Below, in pieces: positions 1 through 10,604 of a DNA stretch of 64,000 nucleotides. The stretch is taken from positions 1,398,007 to 1,462,006 of the forward strand of contig CBDEUK010000002.1 in NCBI GenBank assembly GCA_965243205.1, read 5' to 3'. This DNA is from Gammaproteobacteria bacterium. Its GTDB lineage: Bacteria > Pseudomonadota > Gammaproteobacteria > Eutrophobiales > Eutrophobiaceae. Under the pieces are notes generated by a model. That model did not search any database and was not told the origin of the DNA. It worked only from the letters and a program-made list of their open reading frames with translations. The translations under genes were made by a program, and so were the position numbers. How positions within the stretch are numbered: position 1 is the first letter of the stretch; the number at the start of each line of letters is the position of its first letter.

Positions 1-902
1 CACAGATAGCCGGATTTTTAATCGCGTTACGCCAAAAAGGCGAAACGGTTGACGAAATTACCGCTGCTGCCCAAGTCATGCGCGAATTATCTCAAAAAGT
101 TTTGATTGATGTTCCTCACCTTATTGATACTTGTGGTACTGGTGGCGATGGGGCTAATACCTTTAATATTTCGACAACCGTTGCATTTGTCGCAGCTGCT
201 GCAGGCGCTAAAGTCGCAAAACATGGAAATCGTTCCGTTTCTAGTAAATCAGGCAGCGCTGATTTACTAGAAAAAGCAGGCGTTAAACTGGATATGTCAG
301 CAGACGATATTGCTCGTTGCGTTAAAAAAACTGGAATTGGTTTCATGTTTGCACCTATGCATCACAGTGCAATGAAACACGCAATTGGCCCACGTAAAGA
401 ATTAGGCGTTAGAACTATCTTCAATGTTTTAGGCCCTTTAACTAATCCTGCATCAGCACCTAATCAATTACTCGGAGTGTTTGATCGACAATGGTTAGTT
501 CCTTTAGCTAAGGTGTTAAAACAATTAGGCAGCGAACATGTTTTGGTCGTGCACTCTGAAGATGGCTTAGATGAAATCAGTTTATCGGCCGCAACTTATA
601 TTGCAGAACTTAAAGAAGGTTCTATTTCAGAATACACAATCACACCTGAAGAATTTGGTTTTGAACGAATTGATATAAAACAACTGGCTGTTAGTAGTAT
701 TGAAGATAGTCTCAATACCTTTCATTCAGTTTTAAATAATAATCCTGGCCCTGCCCTAGATATTGTTTGTTTGAATGCTGGTGCTGCAATATATACAGCA
801 GGACTAAGCAATTCAATTGCAGAAGGTATTGAACAAGCAAAACAAGCTCTAGCTTCTGGCAAAGCAAAAAATACCTTAGAAAAACTCACTCAATTTAAGT
901 AA
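1..902 (+). CDS. trpD: anthranilate phosphoribosyltransferase, 5'-truncated by the window edge
   Basis: Frame stays open back to nt 3 ([26 protein letters not shown]...). GTGGDG motif present. trpC follows 4 nt later. Confidence 0.93.
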   Translation, partial: QIAGFLIALRQKGETVDEITAAAQVMRELSQKVLIDVPHLIDTCGTGGDGANTFNISTTVAFVAAAAGAKVAKHGNRSVSSKSGSADLLEKAGVKLDMSADDIARCVKKTGIGFMFAPMHHSAMKHAIGPRKELGVRTIFNVLGPLTNPASAPNQLLGVFDRQWLVPLAKVLKQLGSEHVLVVHSEDGLDEISLSAATYIAELKEGSISEYTITPEEFGFERIDIKQLAVSSIEDSLNTFHSVLNNNPGPALDIVCLNAGAAIYTAGLSNSIAEGIEQAKQALASGKAKNTLEKLTQFK

Positions 903-906
903 TAAA

Positions 907-1707
907 ATGCAAGATACACCTGATATTTTAAAAAAAATTCTCGATGTTAAAGTAGAAGAAGTTGAACATAGACAACGTGAAAGATCCTTGACAGATATAA
1001 AAGCAGAAGCAGAAGATTGTGCAGAAACACGAGGCTTCACATCTGCTATACAAAGCAAACTTGACGCTGGTTTACCCGCAGTCATTGCAGAAATAAAAAA
1101 AGCGTCTCCGAGCAAAGGTGTGATTCGTGAAAATTTCAAACCCGCTGATATCGCAAAATCCTACGCAAAAGCTGGTGCCGCTTGTTTGTCGGTATTAACT
1201 GATATTAAATTTTTCCAAGGTGATGATGCTTATCTACAACAAGCCAGAAAAGCCTGCGAATTACCTGTCTTGCGTAAAGATTTTATGATTGATCCTTATC
1301 AAATTTATGAATCACGAGTCATTGGAGCAGATTGTATTTTAATTATTGTCTCCGCATTAAGTGATATGCAGATGCAAGATTTAGTAGGTACTGCACGTGA
1401 ACTCGATTTAGATGTATTGGTAGAAGTGCATGACCGTGAAGAATTAGAGCGCGGCCTTATGCTAAGAACGCCTTTAATAGGAATTAATAATCGAAACTTA
1501 AGAACATTTGAAACCGATTTAAATACGACCTTAGGATTATTAACCGACGTATTCCATGATCGAACGGTTGTTACAGAAAGCGGAATACATACACCAGAAG
1601 ATGTGCAGTTAATGCGTAAAAACGAAGTCAATAGTTTTTTAGTTGGAGAGGCCTTTATGGCTGCAAACGATCCAGGTGAAAAATTAAAAGAATTGTTTCA
1701 ACTTTAA
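907..1707 (+). CDS. trpC: indole-3-glycerol-phosphate synthase
   Basis: 266 aa with typical IGPS blocks ([23 protein letters not shown]). Sits directly after trpD. Confidence 0.93.
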   Translation: MQDTPDILKKILDVKVEEVEHRQRERSLTDIKAEAEDCAETRGFTSAIQSKLDAGLPAVIAEIKKASPSKGVIRENFKPADIAKSYAKAGAACLSVLTDIKFFQGDDAYLQQARKACELPVLRKDFMIDPYQIYESRVIGADCILIIVSALSDMQMQDLVGTARELDLDVLVEVHDREELERGLMLRTPLIGINNRNLRTFETDLNTTLGLLTDVFHDRTVVTESGIHTPEDVQLMRKNEVNSFLVGEAFMAANDPGEKLKELFQL

Positions 1708-1749
1708 AATTTTGTCTACATTCACATTCCTACTCTATGGATAAGCCTT

Positions 1750-2655
1750 ATGAATAAATTCAGTTTAGCCCTTTTAACTCTTCTTTTACTACAAGCATGT
1801 TCTGAAAAAACACCAAATGAAATAACTTCCAGTGAAAAAGAACAAGCGAACAAGCTTGAATTAAGCTGGGAACTAACTGGCCTATCAACACCAGAGTCAG
1901 CACTTTATGACTCCGATAAAAACATCATTTATGTTTCTAACATAAATGGCGGTCCTATGGAGAAAGATGGTAATGGTTTTATTTCTATCATTTCCCCTGA
2001 AGGCAAACTTATTAATTTAAATTGGGTAAAGGGTTTAAACGCACCTAAAGGAATGAGCTTATTCGCTGATAAACTTTATGTTGCAGATATAGATATGCTA
2101 GTTGTTATCGATACCAATACTGGTGACATTCTTGAACAATATCAAGGCAGCAATGCAAAGTTTCTGAATGATGTCACCGTAACAAAAGATGGTAAGGTAT
2201 TTGTTTCTGATATGTTAACCAACACGATATATTGTTTGGAAGGAAGTACATTCGATGTTTGGCTTAACGACGAAAAACTCATCTCACCGAATGGCTTACA
2301 CGCAGAACCAGAACAACTTATCGTAGGTAGCTGGGGAGTGATGACAGATGGCTTCGCCACTAAAGTGCCTGGTCATATGTTATCTGTTCATTATGATTCA
2401 AAATCTATTTCAAACCTGGGCAATGGCCAATCGGTGGGGAACCTAGATGGTGTTGAACCTATCGGAGAAAATTTTCTAGTAACCGATTGGATGGTAGGCA
2501 AATTATATAAGATTGATCGCGCTGGAAATGCTGAGTTACTTCTTGAATTAGAACAGGGTATGGCTGATCATGAATTTATTACTGAAGAAAATCTTATATT
2601 ACTACCCATGATGAAGAACGACAAACTGCTGGCTTATACCCTATCTGTCCATTAA
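1750..2655 (+). CDS. lipoprotein, probable beta-propeller (SGL/NHL-like) fold
   Basis: Signal peptide with lipobox LLQAC|S. The repetitive beta-rich sequence suggests the fold only weakly. Confidence 0.6.
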   Translation: MNKFSLALLTLLLLQACSEKTPNEITSSEKEQANKLELSWELTGLSTPESALYDSDKNIIYVSNINGGPMEKDGNGFISIISPEGKLINLNWVKGLNAPKGMSLFADKLYVADIDMLVVIDTNTGDILEQYQGSNAKFLNDVTVTKDGKVFVSDMLTNTIYCLEGSTFDVWLNDEKLISPNGLHAEPEQLIVGSWGVMTDGFATKVPGHMLSVHYDSKSISNLGNGQSVGNLDGVEPIGENFLVTDWMVGKLYKIDRAGNAELLLELEQGMADHEFITEENLILLPMMKNDKLLAYTLSVH

Positions 2656-2679
2656 TTCGCCTTACATAGATTTACTTAT

Positions 2680-2708
2680 ACAGAGTTCATTCCTACACTG
2701 AACTCTGT
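2680..2708 (+). terminator. stem-loop downstream of the lipoprotein gene (10-bp stem ACAGAGTTCA/TGAACTCTGT)
   Basis: Perfect inverted repeat seen in the sequence. No U-tract follows, so terminator function is uncertain. Confidence 0.4.
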
Positions 2709-2807
2709 AAAAGCTGCTGCAAGTTATTAAATTATATAAAATTCTAGTTGATATAAATCCACGCTTAGAGTATACATTTAGAATTACATAAGCAATGGTA
2801 TGGCAAT

Positions 2808-4352
2808 GTGGGCGTAAAACTTCATACAGTTTTCAGACAAACCAAAACTGAGATTGCGTTAGGGATCTGTTTAAGTCTGCTGTGCGCTGGGTTAATTTGG
2901 CATCAGACTGAAAAATCGCAAGTCCATACATGGCTATTAATTATAACCACCATCTACGCATTACGTTATGGTTTGGTCGATTATCTAAGCAAACTGCACA
3001 GCGCCAATCGTAATAGTCTTGGTAACCAACTCATACTCGTTATCGGCCTGATAATATGTGGTTTAGCTTGGGCAGGCCTTATTATCAATACACCTTTTAA
3101 AACAGGATTCTCTGATATAAACCTGATCGGTCTCGGTATTGCTGGCGCAGTATCATTTATTGTTTTGATTGTATATCTCGGGCGTTTGGAATTTGTCTTA
3201 AGCTTTGCGATTGCTGCCCTAGCGTTACCATTTATCACTATAATTGATTCCCTTCAAAACCATATAATCACGCTCACATATCTCTTAACATGGTTAGTGT
3301 GTTTGGTATTTGGAAGCTCACGAATTAGAAAACAATTGCAATCACAACCCGTACGAAATATTGAGTCCATTAATGAATCAAATCTAAAACTACAAAACGA
3401 AAGATTAACGAACCAACTTGCAACTGCTCAAGCAAAAATCGAAGAATTAACGAATTCTTTGAAGCTAACTAACCTTGATTTAGAAACCACCCAAAATAAA
3501 GCAGATGCTCTCTCTATCACTTTAAATCAAATCAACCCTTTCGATTTAGAATCTGGACTATTAACTGAAGTTAAACATAAAACTATTCTACAACGTGAAT
3601 GGGCTAGGATGGGACGGCTCGACTTACCCATTAGCTTAATCTATTTATCAATTGATGATTTTGATAAATACCAAGAAGCGTATGATAAAAAAGCCGCTTC
3701 GATGACTTTCAAACGAGTTGTTAAAATTGTAAAAAATACTTGCCAGCGCCCTGGTGATGTTTTTGGAAAACTAAAAAATTCTATAATCGCAATTCTGCTT
3801 CCTGAAACTGAACTTGATCACAGCATCGAGCTAGCAAATACGATTTGTAAAGATGTGGAATCCTTAAATATAAAACATGTTGAGAATGCTGCAAACGAAT
3901 TCGTGACGGTGAGCCTAGGTATTGCAACAGTAATCCCTAACGATTTATTAACAGAAGGAGAATTTCTTAAACGTGCCGATTCAGCGCTTTATGAAGCAAA
4001 GTTCCAAGGAGGAAATCGAGTTTCACATTATATCAGCCATCCTGAATTAAAACTCGAGCATTGGGATGAAGAAAAAAATGGTAAAGTCACAGCCGATAAA
4101 CTTAAAAAGAGATTAGGCTCTCTTGGTTTTGAAACAGAAAATAAAACCTACTTAGCTGGCGGAGATATTAAAGATCGACGAACCCACGCTGAATTTGGTA
4201 TTGGCATTTTAACCGGAAACTTTATGGTATTGATTGATGGAGATACTATAAAAATGAGAGCCGGAGATATATTAACTATTCCTAAATCACTTAATATTCT
4301 TTGCAAAGTTAAAGGTTCAGAGACAGTTATTTGTTATGAAGGAAACCGTTAA
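2808..4352 (+). CDS. membrane protein with coiled coil, degenerate GGDEF domain (I-site kept) and C-terminal cupin-like domain
   Basis: GTG start and a multi-TM N-terminus. GGDEF-domain blocks are present (LIYLSIDDFDKY..., ADSALYEAKFQGGNRV), but KNSII replaces GG[DE]EF. RPGD (RxxD) lies 5 residues upstream of that position. Confidence 0.75.
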   Translation: MGVKLHTVFRQTKTEIALGICLSLLCAGLIWHQTEKSQVHTWLLIITTIYALRYGLVDYLSKLHSANRNSLGNQLILVIGLIICGLAWAGLIINTPFKTGFSDINLIGLGIAGAVSFIVLIVYLGRLEFVLSFAIAALALPFITIIDSLQNHIITLTYLLTWLVCLVFGSSRIRKQLQSQPVRNIESINESNLKLQNERLTNQLATAQAKIEELTNSLKLTNLDLETTQNKADALSITLNQINPFDLESGLLTEVKHKTILQREWARMGRLDLPISLIYLSIDDFDKYQEAYDKKAASMTFKRVVKIVKNTCQRPGDVFGKLKNSIIAILLPETELDHSIELANTICKDVESLNIKHVENAANEFVTVSLGIATVIPNDLLTEGEFLKRADSALYEAKFQGGNRVSHYISHPELKLEHWDEEKNGKVTADKLKKRLGSLGFETENKTYLAGGDIKDRRTHAEFGIGILTGNFMVLIDGDTIKMRAGDILTIPKSLNILCKVKGSETVICYEGNR

Positions 4353-4360
4353 CTTTTTAA

Positions 4361-4990
4361 TTACTGCTTGCCGTACGTCTTAAATTTTTCAATATTAATA
4401 TTCATTTCTTCTTCAGTTAATAAAACAGGATTTCCCAACTGGGCAGCAATACAGTATTGGTGTGCTAAATCTTCTATCAATTTAGAATTCTCAAGTGCTT
4501 CATCTAGATTAATCCCTGTTGCGATTTGACCATGATTTGCTAACAAACAACCTTTTCTATTATTCAAAGCACTGATGGCGTTAGTTGATAATTCTTCCGT
4601 ACCAAACGTTGCATACTCAGCGCATCTGATTGAATCTCCACCTAACTTCGTCACCATATAATGAAAGCCTGGTATTGATTGTCGATTACAAGCCACCCCC
4701 GTTGCATATGGAGAATGCACATGAACAATCGCTTTTACTTCTTCCATTGATTGATAGATAGCACTATGAAATCGCCATTCGCTTGAAGGTTTCAATTTAC
4801 CTTGTATAACTTGACCTTCGTAATCACATTCAACAATAGCTGATGGTTGTAAAACATTATATGGTAAACCTGTTGGGGTAATTAAAAATCCATTATCAGT
4901 TCTAACACTGGCATTACCTGAGGCACCAACAGATAAACCAGATGATTCGAACTGTTGAGTAATTGAAATAAGTTGTTCTCGGAAATCCAT
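4361..4990 (-). CDS. class II aldolase/adducin-family protein (fuculose-phosphate aldolase-like)
   Basis: 209 aa with family-typical blocks (ASGNASVR, IVHVHSPYATG, LLANHG). Confidence 0.8.
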   Translation of the reverse strand: MDFREQLISITQQFESSGLSVGASGNASVRTDNGFLITPTGLPYNVLQPSAIVECDYEGQVIQGKLKPSSEWRFHSAIYQSMEEVKAIVHVHSPYATGVACNRQSIPGFHYMVTKLGGDSIRCAEYATFGTEELSTNAISALNNRKGCLLANHGQIATGINLDEALENSKLIEDLAHQYCIAAQLGNPVLLTEEEMNINIEKFKTYGKQ

Positions 4991-5027
4991 AACGTTTCAT
5001 TGTAATTGATAAATAGGAAAGACTAAA

Positions 5028-5462
5028 TTATATGGGGGGAATTCTACCAGCAAACATCAATAAAATTTGTTTTGCTACAGTCGGTCCTTGTTTTAACAAA
5101 TTAGAATCAAAACCTTTATCTAAGAACTCTGAATAGCCTTCAATATGTTTAAAATCTTCTTGTTGAACTATATGAAATCCCATCGACCATTCTGGAAATG
5201 TTCTTTGATCAATGGGGGATAGAAAATACTCCGTTATAGCCGTATGCCGTTTATCTTTCGATATTTTTAAACGAAACAAATCTTCAATAATATGTTTATC
5301 GCCTTCTAAAAGCTGCAAAAAAGAATTCTTATGATGCAACAACATGCCTGTAATATTTTTTCTCAAATTGTAATTACGAGCCTGCTCCAATAGTGACTTC
5401 AATTCAATTTCAGTCAACGGTTCTGTTTCAGCGCTGGTATACAATAATGAGTAAAGCTGCAT
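5028..5462 (-). CDS. short BLUF-domain blue-light FAD photoreceptor
   Basis: YSLLYTS (Tyr), FLQLLEG (Gln) and FPEWSMGF (Trp/Met) BLUF signature blocks. 144 aa. Confidence 0.85.
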   Translation of the reverse strand: MQLYSLLYTSAETEPLTEIELKSLLEQARNYNLRKNITGMLLHHKNSFLQLLEGDKHIIEDLFRLKISKDKRHTAITEYFLSPIDQRTFPEWSMGFHIVQQEDFKHIEGYSEFLDKGFDSNLLKQGPTVAKQILLMFAGRIPPI

Positions 5463-5525
5463 GCAACTAACTCCTTGTAAGCCTTTTAGAGAAAGTGTAG
5501 TAGGCGAAAAGTATTAATTCAATGC

Positions 5526-6611
5526 TTATACATTAAAACGAAATAACATTACATCACCATCTTGGACGATGTAATCTTTGCCTTCAAGTCGCCATTTGCC
5601 AGCTTCCTTTGCACCTTGTTCACCGTTATTTTCAATATAATCTTCATACGCGGTTACTTCAGCACGAATGAAGCCTTTTTCAAAATCAGTATGAATAACA
5701 CCTGCAGCTTTAGGTGCAGAACAACCTTGAGGAATAGTCCAAGCTCGCGCTTCTTTTGGACCAGCAGTGAAATAGGTTTGTAATCCTAGTAATTCATAAC
5801 CTGCACGAATGATTCTATTCAATCCTGGTTCTTCTAAACCAATTTCGCTTAAAAAATCAGCCTTATCGGATTCATCCAGTTCGGCTATTTCCGATTCAAT
5901 CGCGGCACATACTGGAATCACCTGAGTACCTTCTTCTTTAGCAAGCTCAGTTAATTTTGCTAACCATTCGTTGGACTCAATACCATCTTCTTCGACATTG
6001 GCAATATATAAAATTGGTTTAGACGTTAACAATTGTAAATTACCGATTTCCATTTCAGCAAAGCCATCTAATGTTCTAACGGGTGCACCAGTATCTAAAT
6101 GTTTAGCAATCAACTCTAATTGCTCTTGTTGAGTTTTGGCTTCCTTATTTCCACTGCGAGATAATTTTAAAACTTTTTGTAATGCCTTATCTATTGTCTC
6201 TTGATCCGCTAAACACAATTCAGTATTGATGATATCAATGTCTTCTAAAGGATTTACTCGACCAGATACATGCACAATATTTTCATCTTCAAAACATCGG
6301 ACTACTTGAGCAATTGCTTGGGTTTCTCTGATATGGGCTAAAAACTGATTCCCTAAACCTTCACCTTTAGAAGCACCTTCAACCAAACCGGCTATATCAA
6401 CAAAATCCATATGCGCAGGAATCACTTCTTTGGATTGAGCAATCTTGGAAATCTTATCCAAGCGCGGATCAGGAACAGGAACTACACCAACATTTGGCTC
6501 GATTGTGCAAAAAGGATAATTCTCAGCATCAATACCAGAATTGGTTAATGCATTAAATAAAGTTGATTTACCAACGTTTGGTAAACCGACGATGCCACAT
6601 TTAAAACCCAT
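5526..6611 (-). CDS. ychF: redox-regulated ribosome-binding ATPase YchF
   Basis: [13 protein letters not shown]-loop and a TGS-like C-terminus. Conserved pth-ychF synteny. Confidence 0.95.
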   Translation of the reverse strand: MGFKCGIVGLPNVGKSTLFNALTNSGIDAENYPFCTIEPNVGVVPVPDPRLDKISKIAQSKEVIPAHMDFVDIAGLVEGASKGEGLGNQFLAHIRETQAIAQVVRCFEDENIVHVSGRVNPLEDIDIINTELCLADQETIDKALQKVLKLSRSGNKEAKTQQEQLELIAKHLDTGAPVRTLDGFAEMEIGNLQLLTSKPILYIANVEEDGIESNEWLAKLTELAKEEGTQVIPVCAAIESEIAELDESDKADFLSEIGLEEPGLNRIIRAGYELLGLQTYFTAGPKEARAWTIPQGCSAPKAAGVIHTDFEKGFIRAEVTAYEDYIENNGEQGAKEAGKWRLEGKDYIVQDGDVMLFRFNV

Positions 6612-6613
6612 AA

Positions 6614-7198
6614 TTACCCCTTTACAGTATGCAATGCGTTCATTGCTTTTTGCTGTTCGCCTGCAACGAATAATGGAATATTATCAACAGTATGATGAAC
6701 AGCGATATCAATTAAGTCTTGTTCATCATGACTCGCTCGTCCTAAAACATAATTAGCCACTTTATGTTTATCTCCAGGATGCCCTACACCGATACGCAAT
6801 CTTGAAAAACCATTTCCACCTAAACAACTAATAATGTCTCGAAGACCATTTTGCCCTCCATGTCCTCCACCTGATTTAAAACGTGCGGTTCCAGGCGATA
6901 AATCAATTTCATCATGAATCACTAATATCTCTTCCATTTTAATTTTATAAAACGACATTGCGGCTTGAACAGCTCTACCACTATTATTCATAAAGGTTTG
7001 GGGTTTTAATAACCAAACATCATTATCATTAATTGAAGCTTGAGCAATTTCAGATTGAAATTTAGATTGTAATTTGAAATTTGCTTGATACTTATCAGCT
7101 AATAGGTCTAAACACCAAAACCCGGCATTATGCCGGGTTTGTTGGTATTCTTGGCCGGGATTTCCAAGACCAGCAATTAATTTTATTTTGCTGGTCAT
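6614..7198 (-). CDS. pth: peptidyl-tRNA hydrolase
   Basis: LIAGLGNPG...TRHNAGF N-terminal signature. 194 aa. Confidence 0.95.
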   Translation of the reverse strand: MTSKIKLIAGLGNPGQEYQQTRHNAGFWCLDLLADKYQANFKLQSKFQSEIAQASINDNDVWLLKPQTFMNNSGRAVQAAMSFYKIKMEEILVIHDEIDLSPGTARFKSGGGHGGQNGLRDIISCLGGNGFSRLRIGVGHPGDKHKVANYVLGRASHDEQDLIDIAVHHTVDNIPLFVAGEQQKAMNALHTVKG

Positions 7199-7226
7199 AG
7201 ACTAACCCTCAAAATTTATCCTTAGA

Positions 7227-7868
7227 TTACTCTGACGCGTCCTCAGAAGAATCTTCAGCAGCATCACCAGACTCTTCTTCTGCATCCGAACCGCCTTTAG
7301 GTGCGTTCACAGAAACCACTGGCTGACTCGCATCACCGCCATGAGCTAAGGCATAGATTTCTACACCTTCTGGTAGCTGAAGATCGCCTAAATGAATGGT
7401 AGTTCCAAGTTCTACTTCTAATAAATCAATTTCGATGTATTCAGGAAGATCTTTTGGTAAACATTGAATATCCAATTCAGACATCACGTGACTGATAACG
7501 CCACCTGCTTTCGCGCCAACACATTTTTCTTCATTCACATAGTGAATTGGAACCGTCATAGAAAGCTTTTCGCCTGCTTTAATGCGCAAGAAGTCTACAT
7601 GTAGTACTTCAGGCTTATATACATGGCGTTGTAAGTCTTTCAAAACCACTTTTTCTTTCTTGCCATCAATTGATAGGTCAAGAATATGTGAGTAGAAAGC
7701 CTCATGTTCTAGGTGATGGAAAATTTCATTGTGAGGTAAAGTGATCATTACAGCATCATCACTACCACCATACACAATACCCGGGACTTTGCCCGCACGA
7801 CGTAAGCGGCGGCTCGCACCTTTCCCCACGTCAGTACGCGACTCGGCATTAACATTAAATTCATTCAT
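7227..7868 (-). CDS. rplY: 50S ribosomal protein L25 / general stress protein Ctc (long form with acidic tail)
   Basis: RTDVGKGASRRLRR...PGIVYG N-terminus. Lies between prs and pth. Confidence 0.92.
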   Translation of the reverse strand: MNEFNVNAESRTDVGKGASRRLRRAGKVPGIVYGGSDDAVMITLPHNEIFHHLEHEAFYSHILDLSIDGKKEKVVLKDLQRHVYKPEVLHVDFLRIKAGEKLSMTVPIHYVNEEKCVGAKAGGVISHVMSELDIQCLPKDLPEYIEIDLLEVELGTTIHLGDLQLPEGVEIYALAHGGDASQPVVSVNAPKGGSDAEEESGDAAEDSSEDASE

Positions 7869-7891
7869 GTTGTTTGCTCCTAATAGGTTAA

Positions 7892-7918
7892 TAAAAAACC
7901 TGCTTGCGACCAGCAGGT
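7892..7918 (-). terminator. rho-independent terminator after prs
   Basis: On the minus strand: ACCTGCT-ggtcgca-AGCAGGT followed by TTTTTTATT. Confidence 0.7.
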
Positions 7919-7939
7919 AAATAAGTACTACTTAAAACT

Positions 7940-8893
7940 TTAATCAATAAACATCGAACTGAGTGAATCACCTTCACAAATTCGACGAATACTTTCCGCT
8001 AACATCGTAGCTACACTCAATTGTCTAATGCGACCACAATTTTTCGCATCTTCACTAAGAGGAATCGTGTCGGTTACAACTAATTCATCCAGCTCTGAGT
8101 TCGTAATATTGTCAATTGCCTTACCGGATAACACAGCATGGGTACAATAAGCTACCACTCGTTCAGCGCCATGTTTCTTCAATGCGCTTGCGGCATTACA
8201 TAAGGTACCTGCAGTATCCACTAAATCATCAACAATGACACACGTTCGTCCTTCCACATCACCAATGATATTCATTACCTCAGAAACATTGGCTTTAGGA
8301 CGACGTTTATCAATAATCGCTAACTCGGTATCGTCCAATTGTTTTGCCACAGCCCTGGCTCGAACAACACCACCCACATCTGGGGATACCACTACTAAAT
8401 TATTGTATTTATGTTTCCAAATATCGCCTAATAACACTGGCGAACCATAAACATTATCCAAAGGGATATCGAAAAAACCCTGTATTTGATCAGCATGCAA
8501 ATCGACCGTTAAGGCTCTAGCAATACCAACTGATGAAATCATATCAGCGACAACTTTTGCCGTAATCGGTACTCGTGCTGACCGTGAACGTCGATCCTGC
8601 CTTGCATATCCCATATAAGGAATAATTGCTGTAACTCTGGCTGCAGATGCTCTTCTAAATGCATCTGCCATAACCAATAATTCAACCAAACTATCGTTTG
8701 CTGGCCTGCAGATTGACTGGACAATAAAAATATCCCGACTACGGACATTTTCCGCAACCTCAACCATGACTTCGCCGTCGCTAAAACGACCAACATTTAT
8801 CTTACCCAATGGAAGATTTAAATATCCGGCAATATTCACTGCTAACTCTGGGTTAGCATTACCGGTAAATAGCATTATATTTTCAAGTGACAA
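7940..8893 (-). CDS. prs: ribose-phosphate pyrophosphokinase
   Basis: 317 aa with a PRPP-binding loop ([12 protein letters not shown]). Confidence 0.95.
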   Translation of the reverse strand: MSLENIMLFTGNANPELAVNIAGYLNLPLGKINVGRFSDGEVMVEVAENVRSRDIFIVQSICRPANDSLVELLVMADAFRRASAARVTAIIPYMGYARQDRRSRSARVPITAKVVADMISSVGIARALTVDLHADQIQGFFDIPLDNVYGSPVLLGDIWKHKYNNLVVVSPDVGGVVRARAVAKQLDDTELAIIDKRRPKANVSEVMNIIGDVEGRTCVIVDDLVDTAGTLCNAASALKKHGAERVVAYCTHAVLSGKAIDNITNSELDELVVTDTIPLSEDAKNCGRIRQLSVATMLAESIRRICEGDSLSSMFID

Positions 8894-8927
8894 AATAGCC
8901 CCTGAGTCGTTTATTTATTATGGAATT

Positions 8928-9004
8928 TGGCTGGGGCGCCAGGATTCGAACCTGGGAATGCGGGGATCAAAACCCCGTGCCTTAACCAACTTGGCTACGC
9001 CCCA
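8928..9004 (-). tRNA. tRNA-Gln (anticodon UUG)
   Basis: Hand-folded cloverleaf: acceptor TGGGGCG/CGCCCCA, anticodon arm CGGGG-TTTTGAT-CCCCG, T-arm CCAGG-TTCGAAT-CCTGG, encoded CCA. 77 nt. Confidence 0.9.
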
Positions 9005-9052
9005 ATAAAACTACTAAAAACCTTCCTGGTAGAATAAATTCAAAAATTACAT

Positions 9053-9907
9053 CTATTTCCCTTGTTTTGCTAAAGCAAGCCGCTCTAGTAAAGGGGAATC
9101 ATTCATTGTCCTACATGCGATACCATGCCATCGCTTCGGAAGCTCCTCTAGAGCTTGTTCGGCCATTTCTTGACCAACAAACTCAGCAAATATGCAAGAA
9201 CCGGTTCCAGTAAGCTTGGGCTCTGAATATTGAGCCAACCAAGTCATCGCTTCAACTACCTCAGGATAGCGCTTTTTAACCGCTGCCAAGCAATCATTAT
9301 GTCCTCCATCCCTGAGAAAGTCGCGTATTGTGATGGGAGGCGTGTTACGTGTCAAATCTTCTGCATTAAAAATTTCCGCGGTACTAATTTCGCAATCTGG
9401 ACGGACGACTAACAACCAAGCTTCAGCAGGCTCAATTGGAGTAAATTGTTCTCCAACACCCTCTGCAAAAGTCGCTTTACCTTGGATGAATACAGGGACA
9501 TCCGCACCTAATTGCAAACCCAACTCCAATAACACATCAGCCGAATAATCCAGCTTCCATAGATAATTCAAAGCAACTAATGTTGTTGCAGCATCGGAAC
9601 TACCTCCACCTAAACCTCCCTGCATCGGTATGGATTTTCGAATTTCCATGTTCACGCCAAACTCGGTTCCGCTACGCTCTTGTAGTAATTTAGCCGCTTT
9701 AACAATTAAATCCGACTCTTCAGAAACGCCTTCGATTATGCTTGTACGAGAGATAGTTCTATCATTAGTTATTTCAAAATCCAGATAATCACAATAATCT
9801 AAAAACTGAAATACCGTCTGTAAAATATGATATCCATCATCGCGGCGGCCAATAATGTGTAAAAACAAATTTATTTTGGCTGGCGCAGGCCAGTTAGTAG
9901 ACTTCAC
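9053..9907 (-). CDS. ispE: 4-diphosphocytidyl-2-C-methyl-D-erythritol kinase
   Basis: WPAPAKINLFLHI N-terminus and GHMP-kinase motif PMQGGLGGGSSDAA. Confidence 0.94.
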   Translation of the reverse strand: MKSTNWPAPAKINLFLHIIGRRDDGYHILQTVFQFLDYCDYLDFEITNDRTISRTSIIEGVSEESDLIVKAAKLLQERSGTEFGVNMEIRKSIPMQGGLGGGSSDAATTLVALNYLWKLDYSADVLLELGLQLGADVPVFIQGKATFAEGVGEQFTPIEPAEAWLLVVRPDCEISTAEIFNAEDLTRNTPPITIRDFLRDGGHNDCLAAVKKRYPEVVEAMTWLAQYSEPKLTGTGSCIFAEFVGQEMAEQALEELPKRWHGIACRTMNDSPLLERLALAKQGK

Positions 9908-10515
9908 TGACTAAGTTTCCAATTTTTATTCAAAAGCGTGATCGTTGCATACTGGTTAGATAGAACAATCTTTCCAGGTAAAGAATATTGTTTAACAGCC
10001 ATGTAATTAGAAAATTTTATTAACCAATTTTTTTGTTGAAGCCCTACTAACTGAGCTTTTTCATTTACTTGTTTCAGTTCAACATTTAAAGACTCATCCA
10101 CTAAACCTCTAACCCAATACATTAACGAACGAACTGGAATAGTCCAACCAACATTTTCTAACATGACTTGTTCAGGATTCTCGGTAACTAACATTCCGTC
10201 ATCAGGTGTCATCAAACTATACTGCTTATCTTCTTGTCTAATTTCATAGGTACCATGAAAAGGTGCAATGATCCGTAGCCTTGAAAGATCATCGTTATGT
10301 TGCCACTTCAATGTCGCAGACCAAGCATCTTCTGATGTTTTCACGCCAAGCCGGCCATTAATTTCCCATGCTTGAATGCTTTTTAATTCTTGTTGACGTT
10401 CAGACCATAATATTTCAGAAACTGGTTCTGTCGTTTTGTTTGAAACAACAGGATTATTACTACACGCAGTCATCAACAATAGGAGCAATAATGCTGGAAG
10501 TAACTTAATAAGCAT
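9904..10515 (-). CDS. lolB: outer-membrane lipoprotein LolB
   Basis: Lipobox LMTAC|S. 4-nt overlap with ispE. Conserved lolB-ispE synteny. Confidence 0.88.
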   Translation of the reverse strand: MLIKLLPALLLLLLMTACSNNPVVSNKTTEPVSEILWSERQQELKSIQAWEINGRLGVKTSEDAWSATLKWQHNDDLSRLRIIAPFHGTYEIRQEDKQYSLMTPDDGMLVTENPEQVMLENVGWTIPVRSLMYWVRGLVDESLNVELKQVNEKAQLVGLQQKNWLIKFSNYMAVKQYSLPGKIVLSNQYATITLLNKNWKLSQ

Positions 10516-10604
10516 CGAAAGGGAAATATATAATATGTTATCTGAAATAATATTTTAGGTTGTTAGATAATATCAATTATAACAACCTATTGCAGGCACA
10601 AAGT

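Noticed and set aside
8766-9008. 80-aa plus-strand ORF
   Set aside because: It runs antisense through the prs start and across the tRNA-Gln gene. The tRNA cloverleaf explains the sequence.
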